DNA of 63,791 bases, filler included, from Dicyema japonicum (lineage: Eukaryota > Animalia > Dicyemida), in the NCBI GenBank assembly GCA_011109175.1. It is 9 parts of 9 records of this genome, joined end to end, with 100 filler letters (N's around TTAATTAATTAA, not from the genome) between each part and the next. Parts side by side here need not be neighbours in the genome. Positions count along the whole stretch, not along the records: positions 1 to 20,766 come from RDEW01000011.1; positions 20,867 to 30,713 come from RDEW01000047.1; 7 more parts are not named here. One strand, written 5' to 3'. Shown piece by piece: positions 12,201-23,912 of this stretch (its first letter is position 1; each line of letters opens with the position of its first letter). The position numbers and the translations under genes are program-made. The notes beneath the pieces were generated by a model. The model was not told the DNA's origin, made no database searches, and was given only the letters and a program-made list of their open reading frames with translations.

Positions 12201-12936
12201 ATAATATTTTGTCTTCATTTCAGATACAAAAGTCAGCCCCTCAAGTTCCTCCTCGTATAGCAAATGGTTTAAACTAGTATTTGTTTAATATTCTCTAGTA
12301 AGCGATTGGGGAAAATCCGATTCTTATTTTCCATTAGGTCCTGTGGATTATAATGATCTAAATAATCTGCCAAACATTCGTCCTCTGAATATAAATGCTC
12401 CTCGAATGCATCTGACGACCCCTTCTACTTTTGGCCAAAATGCTCGTCTGAACCCATTAAATCCTCACTGGGAACAAATTCCAAGTTATCATCCTAATAG
12501 TTTTCCAATACAAAATCCAGCTGATCCTACAATGAGACCAACAAATAAGAATATTTCTGATCACCATTATTTTATTGGAAGAACAAATTTTGATACGAAC
12601 TTTAATCGCCCGCTTGCTACTTTTGATCAAACTGCTCGTTTGAACCCATTAAATCCTCACTGGGAACAAAATCCTAGTTATCTTCCTAGTAGTTTTCCAA
12701 TACAAAATTTAGTCGATCCGAGACCAAGACTTTATAATATTTCTGAACAACCAAAGGGCTGGCATTATTCCGAAAACGACCCTCGTGCGTATTTAAATTA
12801 TAATAACTCGTATGATCCACGTGCTCAATTCCAAACTCGTTTTGGACCTTTGAATCAATTTCCGAATATTTCTGAAAATCCATATTTTATAAAGGACATG
12901 GAAAAAAAATTAGCTGAGCATGAAAAAAAGAAATAG
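9206..12936 (+). CDS. Bro1 + V-domain ESCRT adaptor, HD-PTP/PTPN23-like, with Pro/Asn-rich tail and no PTP domain
   Basis: Spliced: VLKYGDSPASFKSEIEKFNNLR, LKTYYCQLRFLKARV, EELAILYNIA, MKALCIAFQKSAG, YQSAKKTNDIVYYQSVP. These correspond to HD-PTP YGENPEAY.EELKKLE.LR, YLGQLHYLQSRV, MKVSCTHFQCAAG, YNSAKKDNDFIYHEAVP. Stop at 12936, AATAAA about 40 nt later. First intron 9290-9317 (28 nt). Overlap duplications at N10553 and N12109. Confidence 0.85.
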
Positions 12937-13014
12937 TTTTGCTTTTAATCTTTATTTTAAAAATATTTTTTGATTCAATAAAAATATAATCCTTTATATT
13001 ATTAATATCCTCCC

Positions 13015-13280
13015 CCGAACATCGCAATGGAGGATTACTACCCCTCCTCCAATGTAAGGCGCTTTCGTGGAAGACCGAGAACTACCCTCCCGATCGTTTT
13101 ACAAAACGATCTGGGAACTGTGAAGAAAACATTGACATCTGGTGACGACTTGGACTCTCTGAGGAACCTAGCTAAGAACAGGAGAGCTTGGAGCAATCTA
13201 ATTAGTTCTCTAATATCTTTTGCTGCACATGCGGGGTTATAAATATTATGGCTCTCGTGAAGGTGCTAATAATAATAATT
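13015..13280 (+). mobile_element. RTE-clade LINE 3' fragment
   Basis: RGRPRTTLPIVLQNDL...DLDSLRNLAKNRRAWSNLI...HAGL* followed by TATGGCTCTCGTGAAGGTGC and an (AAT)n tail; same family as 40470-41570. Confidence 0.85.
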
Positions 13281-13289
13281 ATTATTAAT

Positions 13290-13603
13290 ATAGTATTTTC
13301 CATAGAGCCATAGTATTCTATAACTGTGCACAGGCAGGACACACTTTATTTTAAGTAAAGAGTTGATTTTTGTCAACTAATCGTATCTAGGGCCAAGGAA
13401 TGATTTTTTTAACTAATCGTAGGTAGGGCCAGGGAATGATCTTTACTTGTTTTTTGTGTATGGGTCCAAGATAGACGATAACGGCTTTACTCGTCAAACC
13501 TTTTAGCATCGTAGATGCGTGGAACCTTCCGCCGGATGAGCAGCGGCCAGGCTCGAACCCGGGACCTAAGTCACTACAGACCGAGCCACCTAGCCACTGT
13601 GTC
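13290..13603 (-). mobile_element. tRNA-derived SINE, copy C
   Basis: Minus strand: GACACAGTGGCTAGG...GGGTTCGAGCC head, GGAAGGTTCCACGCATCTACGATGC..AAGGTTTGACGAG core, TATGGCTCTATGGAAAA tail. Confidence 0.85.
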
Positions 13604-14569
13604 AATCCTTTATATTATTATTAGAAGAAGAAGAATATGGTTTATTGATACAATAGGCCAAAAAAAAGTGGCCAAGGAAGTAGCACTAGGGGGCTTGAGA
13701 ACGAGAACCACGAAGGTCTCAACTCCGGTTTTGCCCCGGAAGATTGCTCTTATCTCCCTCCACGAACTCGGGATTTGAACAGGATCGCGTCTATCGTGGT
13801 AATACTCCGCTCATGCAAGTCCTCCAGCGGACTGCTGAGCTCCAGGCCGAATGCCAGTTTGATGGCAAATCGTCTGGTTTTCTNNNNNNNNNNNNNNNNN
13901 NNNNNNNNNNNNNNNNNNNNNNNNNNNNNNNNNNNNNNNNNNNNNNNNNNNNNNNNNNNNNNNNNNNNNNNNNNNNNNNNNNNNNNNNNNNNNNNNNNNN
14001 NNNNNNNNNNNNNNNNNNNNNNNNNNNNNNNNNNNNNNNNNNNNNNNNNNNNNNNNNNNNNNNNNNNNNNNNNNNNNNNNNNNNNNNNNNNNNNNNNNNN
14101 NNNNNNNNNNNNNNNNNNNNNNNNNNNNNNNNNNNTGGGAGGCAAAAAAATTGAAATTTTATTTTTGTTGAATTAGACAGGAGATGGGTCGAATTGGGGA
14201 TAAAATGTCCCCCATGTTTTTCTGGGAGGCAAAAAAAATAAAAATTTATTTTTGTTGAATTAGATAGGAGATGGTACAGACTCTGTTGAAAACAAAATTT
14301 ATATTATACAAGACTGTTTGGGGCAATGTTTGTAAATTTTATTATCTATTTTTATGTTTGGTTTCGGTTTTCGATTTAGTCAATATCTATATTTTATAGT
14401 CTTTTTAGCAATCAACAAATAATTATAAAACTAAAGTATTTGAATTNNNNNNNNNNNNNNNNNNNNNNNNNNNNNNNNNNNNNNNNNNNNNNNNNNNNNN
14501 NNNNNNNNNNNNNNNNNNNNNNNNNNNNNNNNNNNNNNNNNNNNNNNNCTGGAAGGGTGGATCGTGTCC

Positions 14570-14835
14570 CCTTCTAAGGCAAGAATTATTAAACTACTGG
14601 AAAAAACGAGGCGACTAGCGCTGAAGGTAGCCTTTGGCGTAAATCTACGAGAGCAAATACCGAGCTTTCAGGAAACTTTTCCTATGATTGGTGACCTTGT
14701 CGAAAGCCAGTTCCGAAAGTTTCTAGAGAGGAGAAGGAAATAGCGATGGACGACTTTGTGAGTAAGGCCTCCTACTGGCCCTTAACTTTATGTCCGTTAT
14801 CTTTTTTGTGAAAATAAACCTATCTTATCTTAATT
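14570..14835 (+). mobile_element. Non-LTR retroelement 3' end
   Basis: GC-richer segment ending in AATAAA plus a short (TATCT)n tail, similar to the tail of the 23198-23912 insert. Confidence 0.35.
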
Positions 14836-16199
14836 GTGAAAAAATTTTCGCATAGAGTAGTCTTACATTTTTATGTTCGTTACTATGACGCTCAATCACC
14901 TGATTGATGCAAATTGAGAGTTTCTATGTTTAATTTCCGCGTTCTTGTAAATTAACTGTGTTACTTTTTTCAAATTTTAATTTAACAAAAGTAATCGCAA
15001 TCAACAAGAATTTCAGATCTTAAACAAAGAACTTAGATGATTTGGAGTGATAAATTAGATTTATCAGTCCGGACACTTAGAACGGTCCCGGACGCTATAA
15101 CTTACGACAGTAATTAGCAAGGCCAGGAGCATCAAAGACCTTTCAGTTATTAGCATTCTTAATCGTCCAAACCACCCGAAAGGAATCAAAAAAGCCCTTG
15201 TTAAAAAAACTCTTGCTGGATTGTATGCTTGATAGGATTTCGTCTCTGGGGGCTCATTTGGGTCTCTTCCTCTCAAAAGTTATCTTTCTATTCCTAAACC
15301 TTCATGTTCTGTCGTTGCCCTTGAGGGTTTGTATAAAATAAACCTAATTTCTTTCGGTGTTAGTTTTTGCTGAATATTTAATTCCATTACGATAGCTTGT
15401 TATGTGCAAAACTGCCTAGCCGATCCTGGGAATTGAAACCGGTACTGTAAAGACTTGGCTCTTTCATTTTTCCTTGCCTCCTCTTACGGTTCCTGCGATT
15501 GAGTTGTTAGATTTTTTGGCCGCTCTTGGCATTTAGTCCGATTTAAACCTGGAAATTCCAAAGAATAAATGTTCCAAAAAGAAGTGGGATGCAATTTACC
15601 GTACATCTGTTCTGGAAAGCCTTCGTTCTCTTTCGGAACAACTTGATCTAGCTTCCTTGAACCCTGCCTGTCAGTTCCATTCTGTTTTTCAAAATTGGTA
15701 ATTTGGTGCCAAGATTTTATTTTCAGACTTTTCTCTTCAAAATTATTTTCCTCGTGCACTTCGGAATCATCAGTGGTGGAACTTGAAAAATATAGAACTT
15801 TAGGCTAATCCTCGGAATCAGTTGACTCGTCTAAAGCTAGCGAAAAACAAATACGACCCTTCTTCAATAAACGTATCGTTTAGCTTAGAATATTATCGTT
15901 TAATTTAACCTATTTTTTAAAAAATACTTATTTAAAATCAACTTTAAAAGTAATATTCCCGTATTTCAAAGTTCCCTTGTATTTCCTTTACATGCTGGGA
16001 TCTCGTATATTTTTATAAAAACGTTTTGATTTAATAATTTACTGATCGTAATGAAGAAATTTTCAAGCTATCGCTTTTAAAAATACAACGGAAATCAATG
16101 AAAAATAATGCCAGATTTCAACGAATTATGAAAATAAATTTCTCGAGATCTTAATTCAATTTTAACGTCTGAAGAGCTTAACCACTTTCAGCAGCAAAG

Positions 16200-17580
16200 T
16201 GGTGATCGAATAGGATTGTTTATTGTTGCAAATGTTTCAAGTGGTTTGTGTGACCGGCCTTATGTTGAAAATGATGTGGGGAGTGACCATCTTCCGCAAA
16301 CGATAAAATTACGAACGGAAACAGTTCCCACTGAGGATGTATTTCTTGGTTATAATATAAGCAACATTGATTGGGATCACTTCAATTTTTATATGTCTAT
16401 AAAATTGGCAAATACTCAAGAATCTAAAATACTAAATCTCGACGAGATTAATCATTTGGATGAGAGAATGAGAAATATTATTCTAAGTTACTTGGAGGAC
16501 TATGGAAAAAAGAGGTTTCTCTTCTCGTACAAAAACCGATTGATAAATGAAGAGCAATCTGAACTACTTTGCGAAAAAAGAAACTTGGAGAGTAAATTAA
16601 AGCGGTGTTGGGATCCGCAAGACGCGATCTTCCTCAAACAAAGAATCAAATCGATTAATAATTTGGCAGAGGAATTATCTAAGAATATAGTAGAGGAGAG
16701 CTGGAAAAAAGAATGCTCTAAACTCTCCCCTAAAAATCCGAACTTTTGGAAAATTTTCTCGAAGATGAGTTCTGATAAAAAGGGTGGGGAGATAAAACTC
16801 AAGTCCACTGAAGGCAATCTGATTCCAAGGGAGGAAATACCTGAGAAATTAAAGGAGCAGCTAGCTAGGATCCAAGAAGTGGATCCTTTGTCGATGATCC
16901 CACAGGCTGCACAAAATGGTACGTGTTTTTGGGATCTACCATCGGTTACGGAGGGGCCATTATGTGGAGCTATTTCTATGGAAGAAGTCAAGTTAGCGAT
17001 ACGCGGATGCAAAAATAAATCCCCTGGTTGGGACTACATGCCGATGATTGTCTTCAAAAAGGCGGAAATGCCATTATTATGCGGACTATGGCAGTTATTT
17101 AACTCTTCGTGGATGATCGGACACGTGCCTCAAACATGGAAGAGGACAATCGTTCGCATGATTCCGAAAAAAGGAAAACCGAGTTCTGATCCTGCAAATT
17201 ACAGGCCAATCAGCCTCATATGTTCTATCTCAAGAATCATGAAAAAAAGTCTCCACGGCAAGTGGTATGCGTCAGGAAGCGATGCGTNGCAATACACGGA
17301 TGTAAAAATAAATCCCCTGGTTGGGACTACATACCGATGATTATCTTCAAAAAGGCGGAAATGCCTTTATTATACGGACTATGGCAGTTATTTAATTCTT
17401 CGTGGAGTATTGGACACGTTCCTCAAGCATGGAAAAGGACAATTGTTCGCATGATCTCGAAGAAAGGAAAACCGAGTTCTGATCCCGCAAATTACAGGCC
17501 AATCAGCCTCATATGTTATATCTCAAGAATCATGAAAAAAAGTCTCCACGGCAAGTGGTATGCGTCAGGAAGCGATGCGT
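16200..17580 (+). mobile_element. APE-RT LINE fragment (endonuclease end to RT start)
   Basis: DVGSDHLPQTI (APE end), KSPGWDYMP, WKRTIVRMIPKKGKPSSDPANYRPISLICSISRIM. The 3' part is duplicated across N17288. Confidence 0.9.
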
Positions 17581-17584
17581 ACTT

Positions 17585-18135
17585 CCTCCCTTTGGTTTCC
17601 TCTGGTCGGTGAGACGCGAAACCAGGACACGACGCACACTGAGTAACGGTTCCCGGAGCAAAGGCGTCCGCACAATGATGAGTCATCATCCAGGAGTAAG
17701 CCGGCTGAGGATAGTGGGACGGCATTCAACCAGTCCCCTGAGTGTGGTTGCGCGGCTGCATTCATCGAGGCGAGTTCGATTTGATCGGCTCTCGCTTTCA
17801 GGCATTTCACGATTTCAGAGTTTCGAATGGAATCCCAACTTCTCTGCAAATGATCCAGGTCGGGGGTGCCAAGACCAGATGCAGTCCAAACTTCGAGGGC
17901 AGAAGAAAATTCAGTCAGTTCGAAATGTTCAGAAGAGGGAAAAAAACAGAATTGACGAAATTTCTCGATGCCGAGAGCGAAGAAAGGTAGCAAGGGAGAG
18001 AGATGTCCACGCATGAGCGGATACCAATGCCACCGAATCGCAGAGGTAACATTGCACGAGTAAGATTGTCTCCGGAGAAGTCAACATTTAGCAATTTCTC
18101 GACTGACTTCCAGATAATAGAATCCAGGTCAGACA
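17585..18135 (-). mobile_element. CRE-like non-LTR fragment
   Basis: LPLRFGGIGIRSCVDISLPCYLSS...AAAQPHSGDWLNAVPLSSAGLLLDD, characteristic of the CRE-clade post-RT region. Confidence 0.75.
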
Positions 18136-18169
18136 NATAAAATAAATTTATTAATATCAAATTAAAAAT

Positions 18170-19760
18170 GATTTTAGGATTCGAATGGTTAATAATTGTC
18201 TTTCACTTGCCACGTAAAATTTCTAGTAAAATCCTTTTGACAGCACCAGGTCTCATGAAGTTTGTACATTTCAGCGAGAATCTGTGCCTAGAACGTCGAA
18301 AAGGATCACTGATTACAATTTTGGTACGCATTCAGTGTTTCCTTGACCGGAAAATAAGGTTTGTAAAATTCTGGGAATATTTTAGTATTGAGTGTATTCC
18401 CAGGCAATGCAATATTCTTTTGGCTACTTTTGAGGAACTTGTCGAGTCTGGAGTTCCCAGAGATCTTACATTTCACACAATTCTAAGCATTGATGTGGAG
18501 TCATTCGTAATCAGGACTTTTGATTCATTTGTATTATCAGCAAAGAAATCTGAAGTTCTCTGAGAATTTAGTAATTTCCTCGAAATGGAGTACAGATAGT
18601 TATTGAGATATGTACCTACACGGTCGCTGAGTCTTTTACCACCAATCGATCGACCGTTATTGTGCTGGCCAACGCTGAAATTATATTTTAAATCGCAAGG
18701 AGAAGACATTATATGGACAGGGTTCTCTTATGAAAAAACCTCCAATATTATTCCACATTGTATCTTACATTTTGTGCATAACGTGATGAATATTTTAAAG
18801 AAGCCATTAAACGCCTCGAATCAAACACTACTACCGCCACAGAACTGCATGAATTAATGAACCATCTTGAGGAAAAGTTACAGTAGCGACGATCAGACAA
18901 GTCCTATAGAATTAATGCTACAAAATTTCTTAATTCTGAAGAAGTCAAAAAATTAGGCACGAAGTTGACCATTTTTCAACGCTGTTTGGATACTTAAATA
19001 AATGGTAGGATTATGAGCATTCGTTTTTCAAGGACATAGCCATACTTTCTTTTGATAATGACATTGAGTGGTGCCTTTGTTGTCACTTATTGAACGCTTG
19101 GGCATAAATATCAATAGCGATAAATTGTATGAAGAATTGTGCACGCTGCGAAAAGTTAGAAACGAACTCTTACGCTTAACTAGTTACGTTTCAAATAGAT
19201 AGGTGAAGTTTTTTGCCACTCAGGAGCCGAACGATACACAAATATTGCATCTTGTATCATTTGTCCTGTCAATTCCAGTATCAAATGCGAACTGTGAATG
19301 AGTATTTAGTATTATGAATGCGCTTTGGACAGACAGAAAAAACAGACTAAACTTTGATGATAAAAATGAAGCTGAACTGATGATAAAAATGAACTATCAT
19401 ATGCCATGTAATGACTTTTATAAATTCATCAGCAAAGACAAGGATCTTTTTCGAGCGGAAAAATCAAAAGGAAAATACGGATTTAAGTGCNACAACTGTT
19501 GCATCTTGTATCATTTGTCCTGTCAATTCCACTATCAAATGCGAACTATAAAAGAGTGTTTAGTACTCTGAATGCGCTTTGGACAGACAGTAGAAACAGA
19601 CTTAACTTTGACCTCGCTAAAGCTGAACTGATGATAAAAATGAGTTCAGCTTGAATGACTTTTATGAGTTCATCAGCAAAGACAATGATCTTCTTCGAGC
19701 AGCAAAATCACAAGGAAAATACGGATTTAAAATTTAAATGCGACTGGACTGATGTGTTGT
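18170..19760 (+). pseudogene. Decayed hAT transposase
   Basis: VLSAKKSEVL*EFSNFLEMEYR*LLRYVPTRSLSLLPPIDRPLLCWPTLKLYF (cf. HVPTRWLSL) and C-terminal MNALWTDRKNRL...AELMIKMNYHMPCNDFYKFI; stops and frameshifts. Confidence 0.7.
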
Positions 19761-19977
19761 GCTTGTTGTTGGAAAAATTAATCTTTTTTGTACAAATGGT
19801 ACATTTTCCTTGTTTTAGTAATTTTTACATTTACGCTTTAAAGATTCACAGTTTCACAAATTGCTTTTATCATTATGAAATTGATTAAAGCCTTAGAGGT
19901 TGATAGACCAACGCTGCGTGATCATCACTCTAAGATGGACAACACACTCTGTTGCTCTTGATTTCAGTATATCGTGT

Positions 19978-20200
19978 TTAGTAAACTTTCGTTTTAACGA
20001 TCTTGAAATGCTTAATATTAAGGTGTCCCGGAATGGCGAAACAAAAAGTTGGCAACCCTAGCCTTAGTAACCAATTGATTTTTCGAAAAGTATCTTTAGG
20101 CTCTATTACCTCCATCCATTCAATCAGCTTTTCTTCAAGCTTTGGAAACTTTGGCTTATGTGCAGTTTTAAAAGTCGGTTGATAATTTTTTGAATCTTTC
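19978..20200 (-). mobile_element. pogo/Tigger CENP-B-type HTH fragment
   Basis: KTAHKPKFPKLEEKLIEW matches the pogo/Tigger HTH motif; no DDE domain follows. Confidence 0.6.
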
Positions 20201-20225
20201 AAAACAGTGTCCTGGTTCGATAAAG

Positions 20226-20766
20226 ATTATTTATTGTTTTTCTAGATATTGTCTTAGGAACATGCTTACACATCTATCAGCCAATCTTGCCCCAAATTAT
20301 GTAACTGTGAGAATTCTTCGTTCGTCTGAAGATATTGTCAATACAAATGAGACCATGTCTGCGAACGCATTGATTTCCAGTTTATAAGAAGAGGCATTTT
20401 TGCCGAACTTTGAATTATGTTTATCAATCAGAGCTAGATTATTCTGGAAAGTCTTGCGTCTTTCGAAAAGTTCGTTCTGACTGTACTTTTTTGCTAGAAA
20501 ATTGAGATTTTTGACAAGATAACAATATTGTTTAATGAAATTTAGCCAGACTGTGATCGTGTTTTCCTTTTTTTAAAAGTCCCGTCTTTTTGCTTTAGTA
20601 TATTTTGAAGTTACTCTTCGGTTTCTTTGTTCATTAGTGATTTTTGTATCTTCTTTATATTTCGTAATTTGTGGTTGCGTAGTTTTCGGTGCTCACTTAT
20701 GTTTCAGGGTTACTGGAGTTTTTTATTCAGTCTCAGGTCTTTCTGCTTTTCTGAGAGTGAACATAT
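20226..20766 (-). CDS. Cathepsin propeptide inhibitor (I29) domain protein, 5' end in gap
   Basis: Splicing introns 20494-20523 (30 nt) and 20326-20353 (28 nt) gives WLNFIKQYSKKYSQNELFERRKTFQNNLALIDKHN...YKLEINAFADMTNEEF (ERFNIN and GNFD-type motifs), followed shortly by a stop. Confidence 0.8.
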
Positions 20767-20866
20767 NNNNNNNNNNNNNNNNNNNNNNNNNNNNNNNNNN
20801 NNNNNNNNNNTTAATTAATTAANNNNNNNNNNNNNNNNNNNNNNNNNNNNNNNNNNNNNNNNNNNN

Positions 20867-21010
20867 GCGCGGAGGTTTGATGATTCTTTCGATTGCAAGA
20901 CAAAACAACATGGATTTAAGGGGATATCCTTTTTGCACTCCTGTAGACGAAAGATTAGGTACTACCAGAAAAGTAAGGATGAAGGTAGACTATGGGACCG
21001 ATTCATAATT
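20867..21010 (-). mobile_element. Degenerate RT fragment (CRE-like)
   Basis: SSTGVQKGYPLKSMLFCLAIE resembles the RT motif GVQQGDPL..LLFCLAI. Confidence 0.55.
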
Positions 21011-21823
21011 TCGAAAATATTAAGACATCTGAGGGATATTATCTTTTTTTGGACTTAATTGGTTAGACATCATCTTTCCATAATTATTTTTCAATTTAAA
21101 AATAATAATAACAGAAGTGTCCAGAGCCGTATTTGAGAACTCCTACTCTAAACCAAAAGGTGGGAGAGCTGTTTCAGGATCTTCTTCCTGCATTCCTGTG
21201 GGACCACCAGAATCAAAAATATGTCAGTCGTCAATAACTAAATATGGTATACTTAACCACCATATTGATGAAAGACTGGTTAACGGAAAGATTGTTCTGA
21301 AGGTGGATTTTAAGATCCATTTTTATTATCGATAATACCCGAATGCAGTTAATGAGTTGATTAAAACTGCAAATCTCCGTCTCTTGTTTCCAATTGAGAG
21401 TGCATGCAGTTAATGGAAAAACCATGTTTCCAATGGAGGGATTGGAAATAACAAATTTTATTAAGCCTGAAAAATAAAAAATTTGAAAGTATTACCAGAG
21501 CCGATTGTTTTAAGCTTTTTAGACAAATGTTATATTATTTGCCAAGATTCTTTTGATAGACCCAAAGAAATTATTATGGAATAAATTTATGTTACATAAT
21601 TTTATTTTATTTAACCCTTAAAAATAATCAGTTATTGATTAGGAAAATAACTCTAGAAAGCATGGCTGTGGAGTCGGAGTCAGTGATAAAAAGGTCGACT
21701 CCTTTTTGATCGCAAATTTTGTTTATTAGTATAAGACAAAATTCAAATATTATTTGTAGTAGTAGATAAATTAGATGTAATTATAAAATATTTAAAAATG
21801 GTATATATTTTAATTAAATATAT

Positions 21824-22103
21824 GGCATAGTGGTTAGGTGTCGGGCTTAAGTGGCTTAGGCTACGGGTTCGAATCTCCCTGCTGTTCACCTGGTGGAAGG
21901 TTCCACGCATCTACGATGCAGAAAGGGTTTGACGAGTGACGCCGTGATCAGTGGATACTCACTGCGGAACTGGTTTGTCTAGAAAGGACCCACACACAAG
22001 AAAAAGAAAAAAAGAAGTGAAGATCATTCCTTGGTTCTACGATTAGTTAAAATTAACTGTAATAAATATTATGGCTCCCGTGAAAAGGCTTTATTATTAT
22101 TAT
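21824..22103 (+). mobile_element. tRNA-derived SINE, copy B (inside the hAT element)
   Basis: GGCATAGTGGTTAGG...GGGTTCGAATC head, shared core, tail TATGGCTCCCGTGAAAAGGC + (TTA)n. Confidence 0.87.
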
Positions 22104-23197
22104 ATATTTTAATAAAATACAAACGTGTTATTAATGTCAAATAAGGTTAAGTCGGCTGTTTTTGAATATTTTACATTAACCCCTGATGGCATATANATGT
22201 GGGACAAAAATTAGTTCATTTTATGGAAATAATAAAAATGCGCCTACGAGGAATTCAAATCTCAAGAGGTTTATTGAGATTCCATCCAAATATTCTAAAT
22301 ATTGTTGATAAAAAGGATTCAAACATTCAATAGTATTAGTTTTTTATGTGCCCCTTAGAAAATACTACATCTCCAAGTCAGCCAGTATTAAATAAGTTTT
22401 TTCAATCTGATAAAATTACTATATTCATGGATGCTGAAAATTTTAAATGCATCTCATTGAACTTGTTGCTGTGAATTGTGTACCTCTCACTTTATTTCGC
22501 AACCAAAATTTCTTGGATTTAATGGAGAAATTGCCAAGAAGTAGGCATTTCACTAGAGAGACAAAGTATACAAAATCTAGTTATTGACGAAGCCATAAAG
22601 AGAAAAAGCTATTTGAAAGCTCTCCTTGTTGGATAGTTATCATATATTAAAATGGATTGTACTACACGACACCGAGTTTTTATTTCGCAATTAATGCACG
22701 ATTCTATTCTCCGAATGGCCAAGTTGCTACGAAGACATTAGCATTAAAAGACACGCAGCTCACCATGACTGTAATCATCTGAAAAAATTGGTTGAAGAGG
22801 TTCTTGAAGATTATGAAATTAAGAAGGAACAGATTTTGTTCATAGTTACAAGAGATGTTGAAGAAAATTATGATTCTGTTGATTTATTAGAAAACATAAC
22901 TGAAGATGCTTCAATGTTATTCCAAATCCAGCACATGCAATGTGCAGTACACAAACTACAATTGTCTATAAGAGATGGCTTAAAAATCCTTATATTTCAG
23001 TAATAATCAATATTTACCGACAAATATCTGTGTCAGCACGCACATCCAAGATTGATAATATTCTACAACGAAGAGCGGGGAAAGGTGCCATACTTGATCA
23101 GGCAACACGATGGGGAAGCACATACCTTACGATTCGTCGATTAATTGAATTAAAGTCTTTTATTGAGGATATTGACAACTAAAACATTCCACTAACT

Positions 23198-23912
23198 ACA
23201 GATAACAGATAACATGATTTATTCGCAAAACCCCAACTAACTAAACAAGGTAAGAGCCATTAACTAAAGAGGAAAGCCAAGATTTGGGGTCGTCTATATC
23301 GGGGCACTCTCATGAGACACCGTATGTCTCTTCTCCGTAAAAGCCCCAATTACATTGCGAGTTTCCACAAGCGAGTTTCCACAAGCAATCAGGGTTATCC
23401 TGACTACTTCTGGTTTTTTCGGTGGCTGCCCTCTCTTCTTAAGAGCACCACTCTCTTCTCTGTGTTGAAGCTTCTACTGTTTCTTTTTTAGAAGGTTTCT
23501 TATTATATGTCGTATTCCAGTCAGTCTGCCCATACATTCTAAACTCTGACTTTAATTTCTTATTCGTTCCAGTTTTGGAAACTTCACTTTCTCCATTATG
23601 GGCATTTACTCGTTTTAGAGATAATTTTCCATTCGATTCTTTTCTTTTTGGTCAATTTTGTTTTTTTTCGCTATGTTAGCTTCAACAGCCTTGGGACATC
23701 TTCCATAATTGGCAAACTCGATGAATTAACCACAATTCAAAAAACTTATTGTTTTTAACCGAACACTGCGAAATTCTATGTGAATCAGAACAAACAAGGC
23801 ATCTTTCAACACATCTCCATTTGGTCTGAAGTATGTTTCACAAACTCGTAGTATATTTCTTCGTCTTGTAGCACCAGTGGCACCACTTTTTCACCAGTGG
23901 CACCACCAGCGT
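23198..23912 (-). mobile_element. Retroposed insertion with 13-bp target-site duplication
   Basis: CATTCCACTAACT at 23185-23197 and 23913-23925; minus-strand 3' end AATAAA + (TTATCTG)n. Removing it restores hAT IPLT-EKQ.EELLEIEYVL. Confidence 0.85.

Noticed and set aside
4066-12936. Stop-codon reassignment (many short ORFs, ciliate-like intron sizes)
   Set aside because: In the ARP5, IWS1, CaV and WDR60 segments I parsed, in-frame stops fall inside GT-AG micro-introns, and genes end on ordinary TAA/TAG/TGA.
16169-16215. CTGAAGAG plus hairpin as a hammerhead ribozyme
   Set aside because: The stem is followed by GAAT, not GAAA, and no stems I/III with a cleavage triplet could be formed.
19978-20300. 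In-frame fusion of the I29 domain to the pogo HTH
   Set aside because: All tested donor/acceptor combinations hit a stop before the HTH frame.
20811-20822. TTAATTAATTAA palindrome as a biological motif
   Set aside because: Always centred in exactly 44+44 Ns; an artificial linker.
21100-21600. Coding-looking segment with plausible splice sites on both strands
   Set aside because: No consistent gene model or recognisable homology could be established; left unannotated.
21824-21895. Functional tRNA genes at 2260, 13530-13603 and 21824
   Set aside because: Cloverleafs are imperfect and each continues into a shared SINE core and LINE-derived tail.
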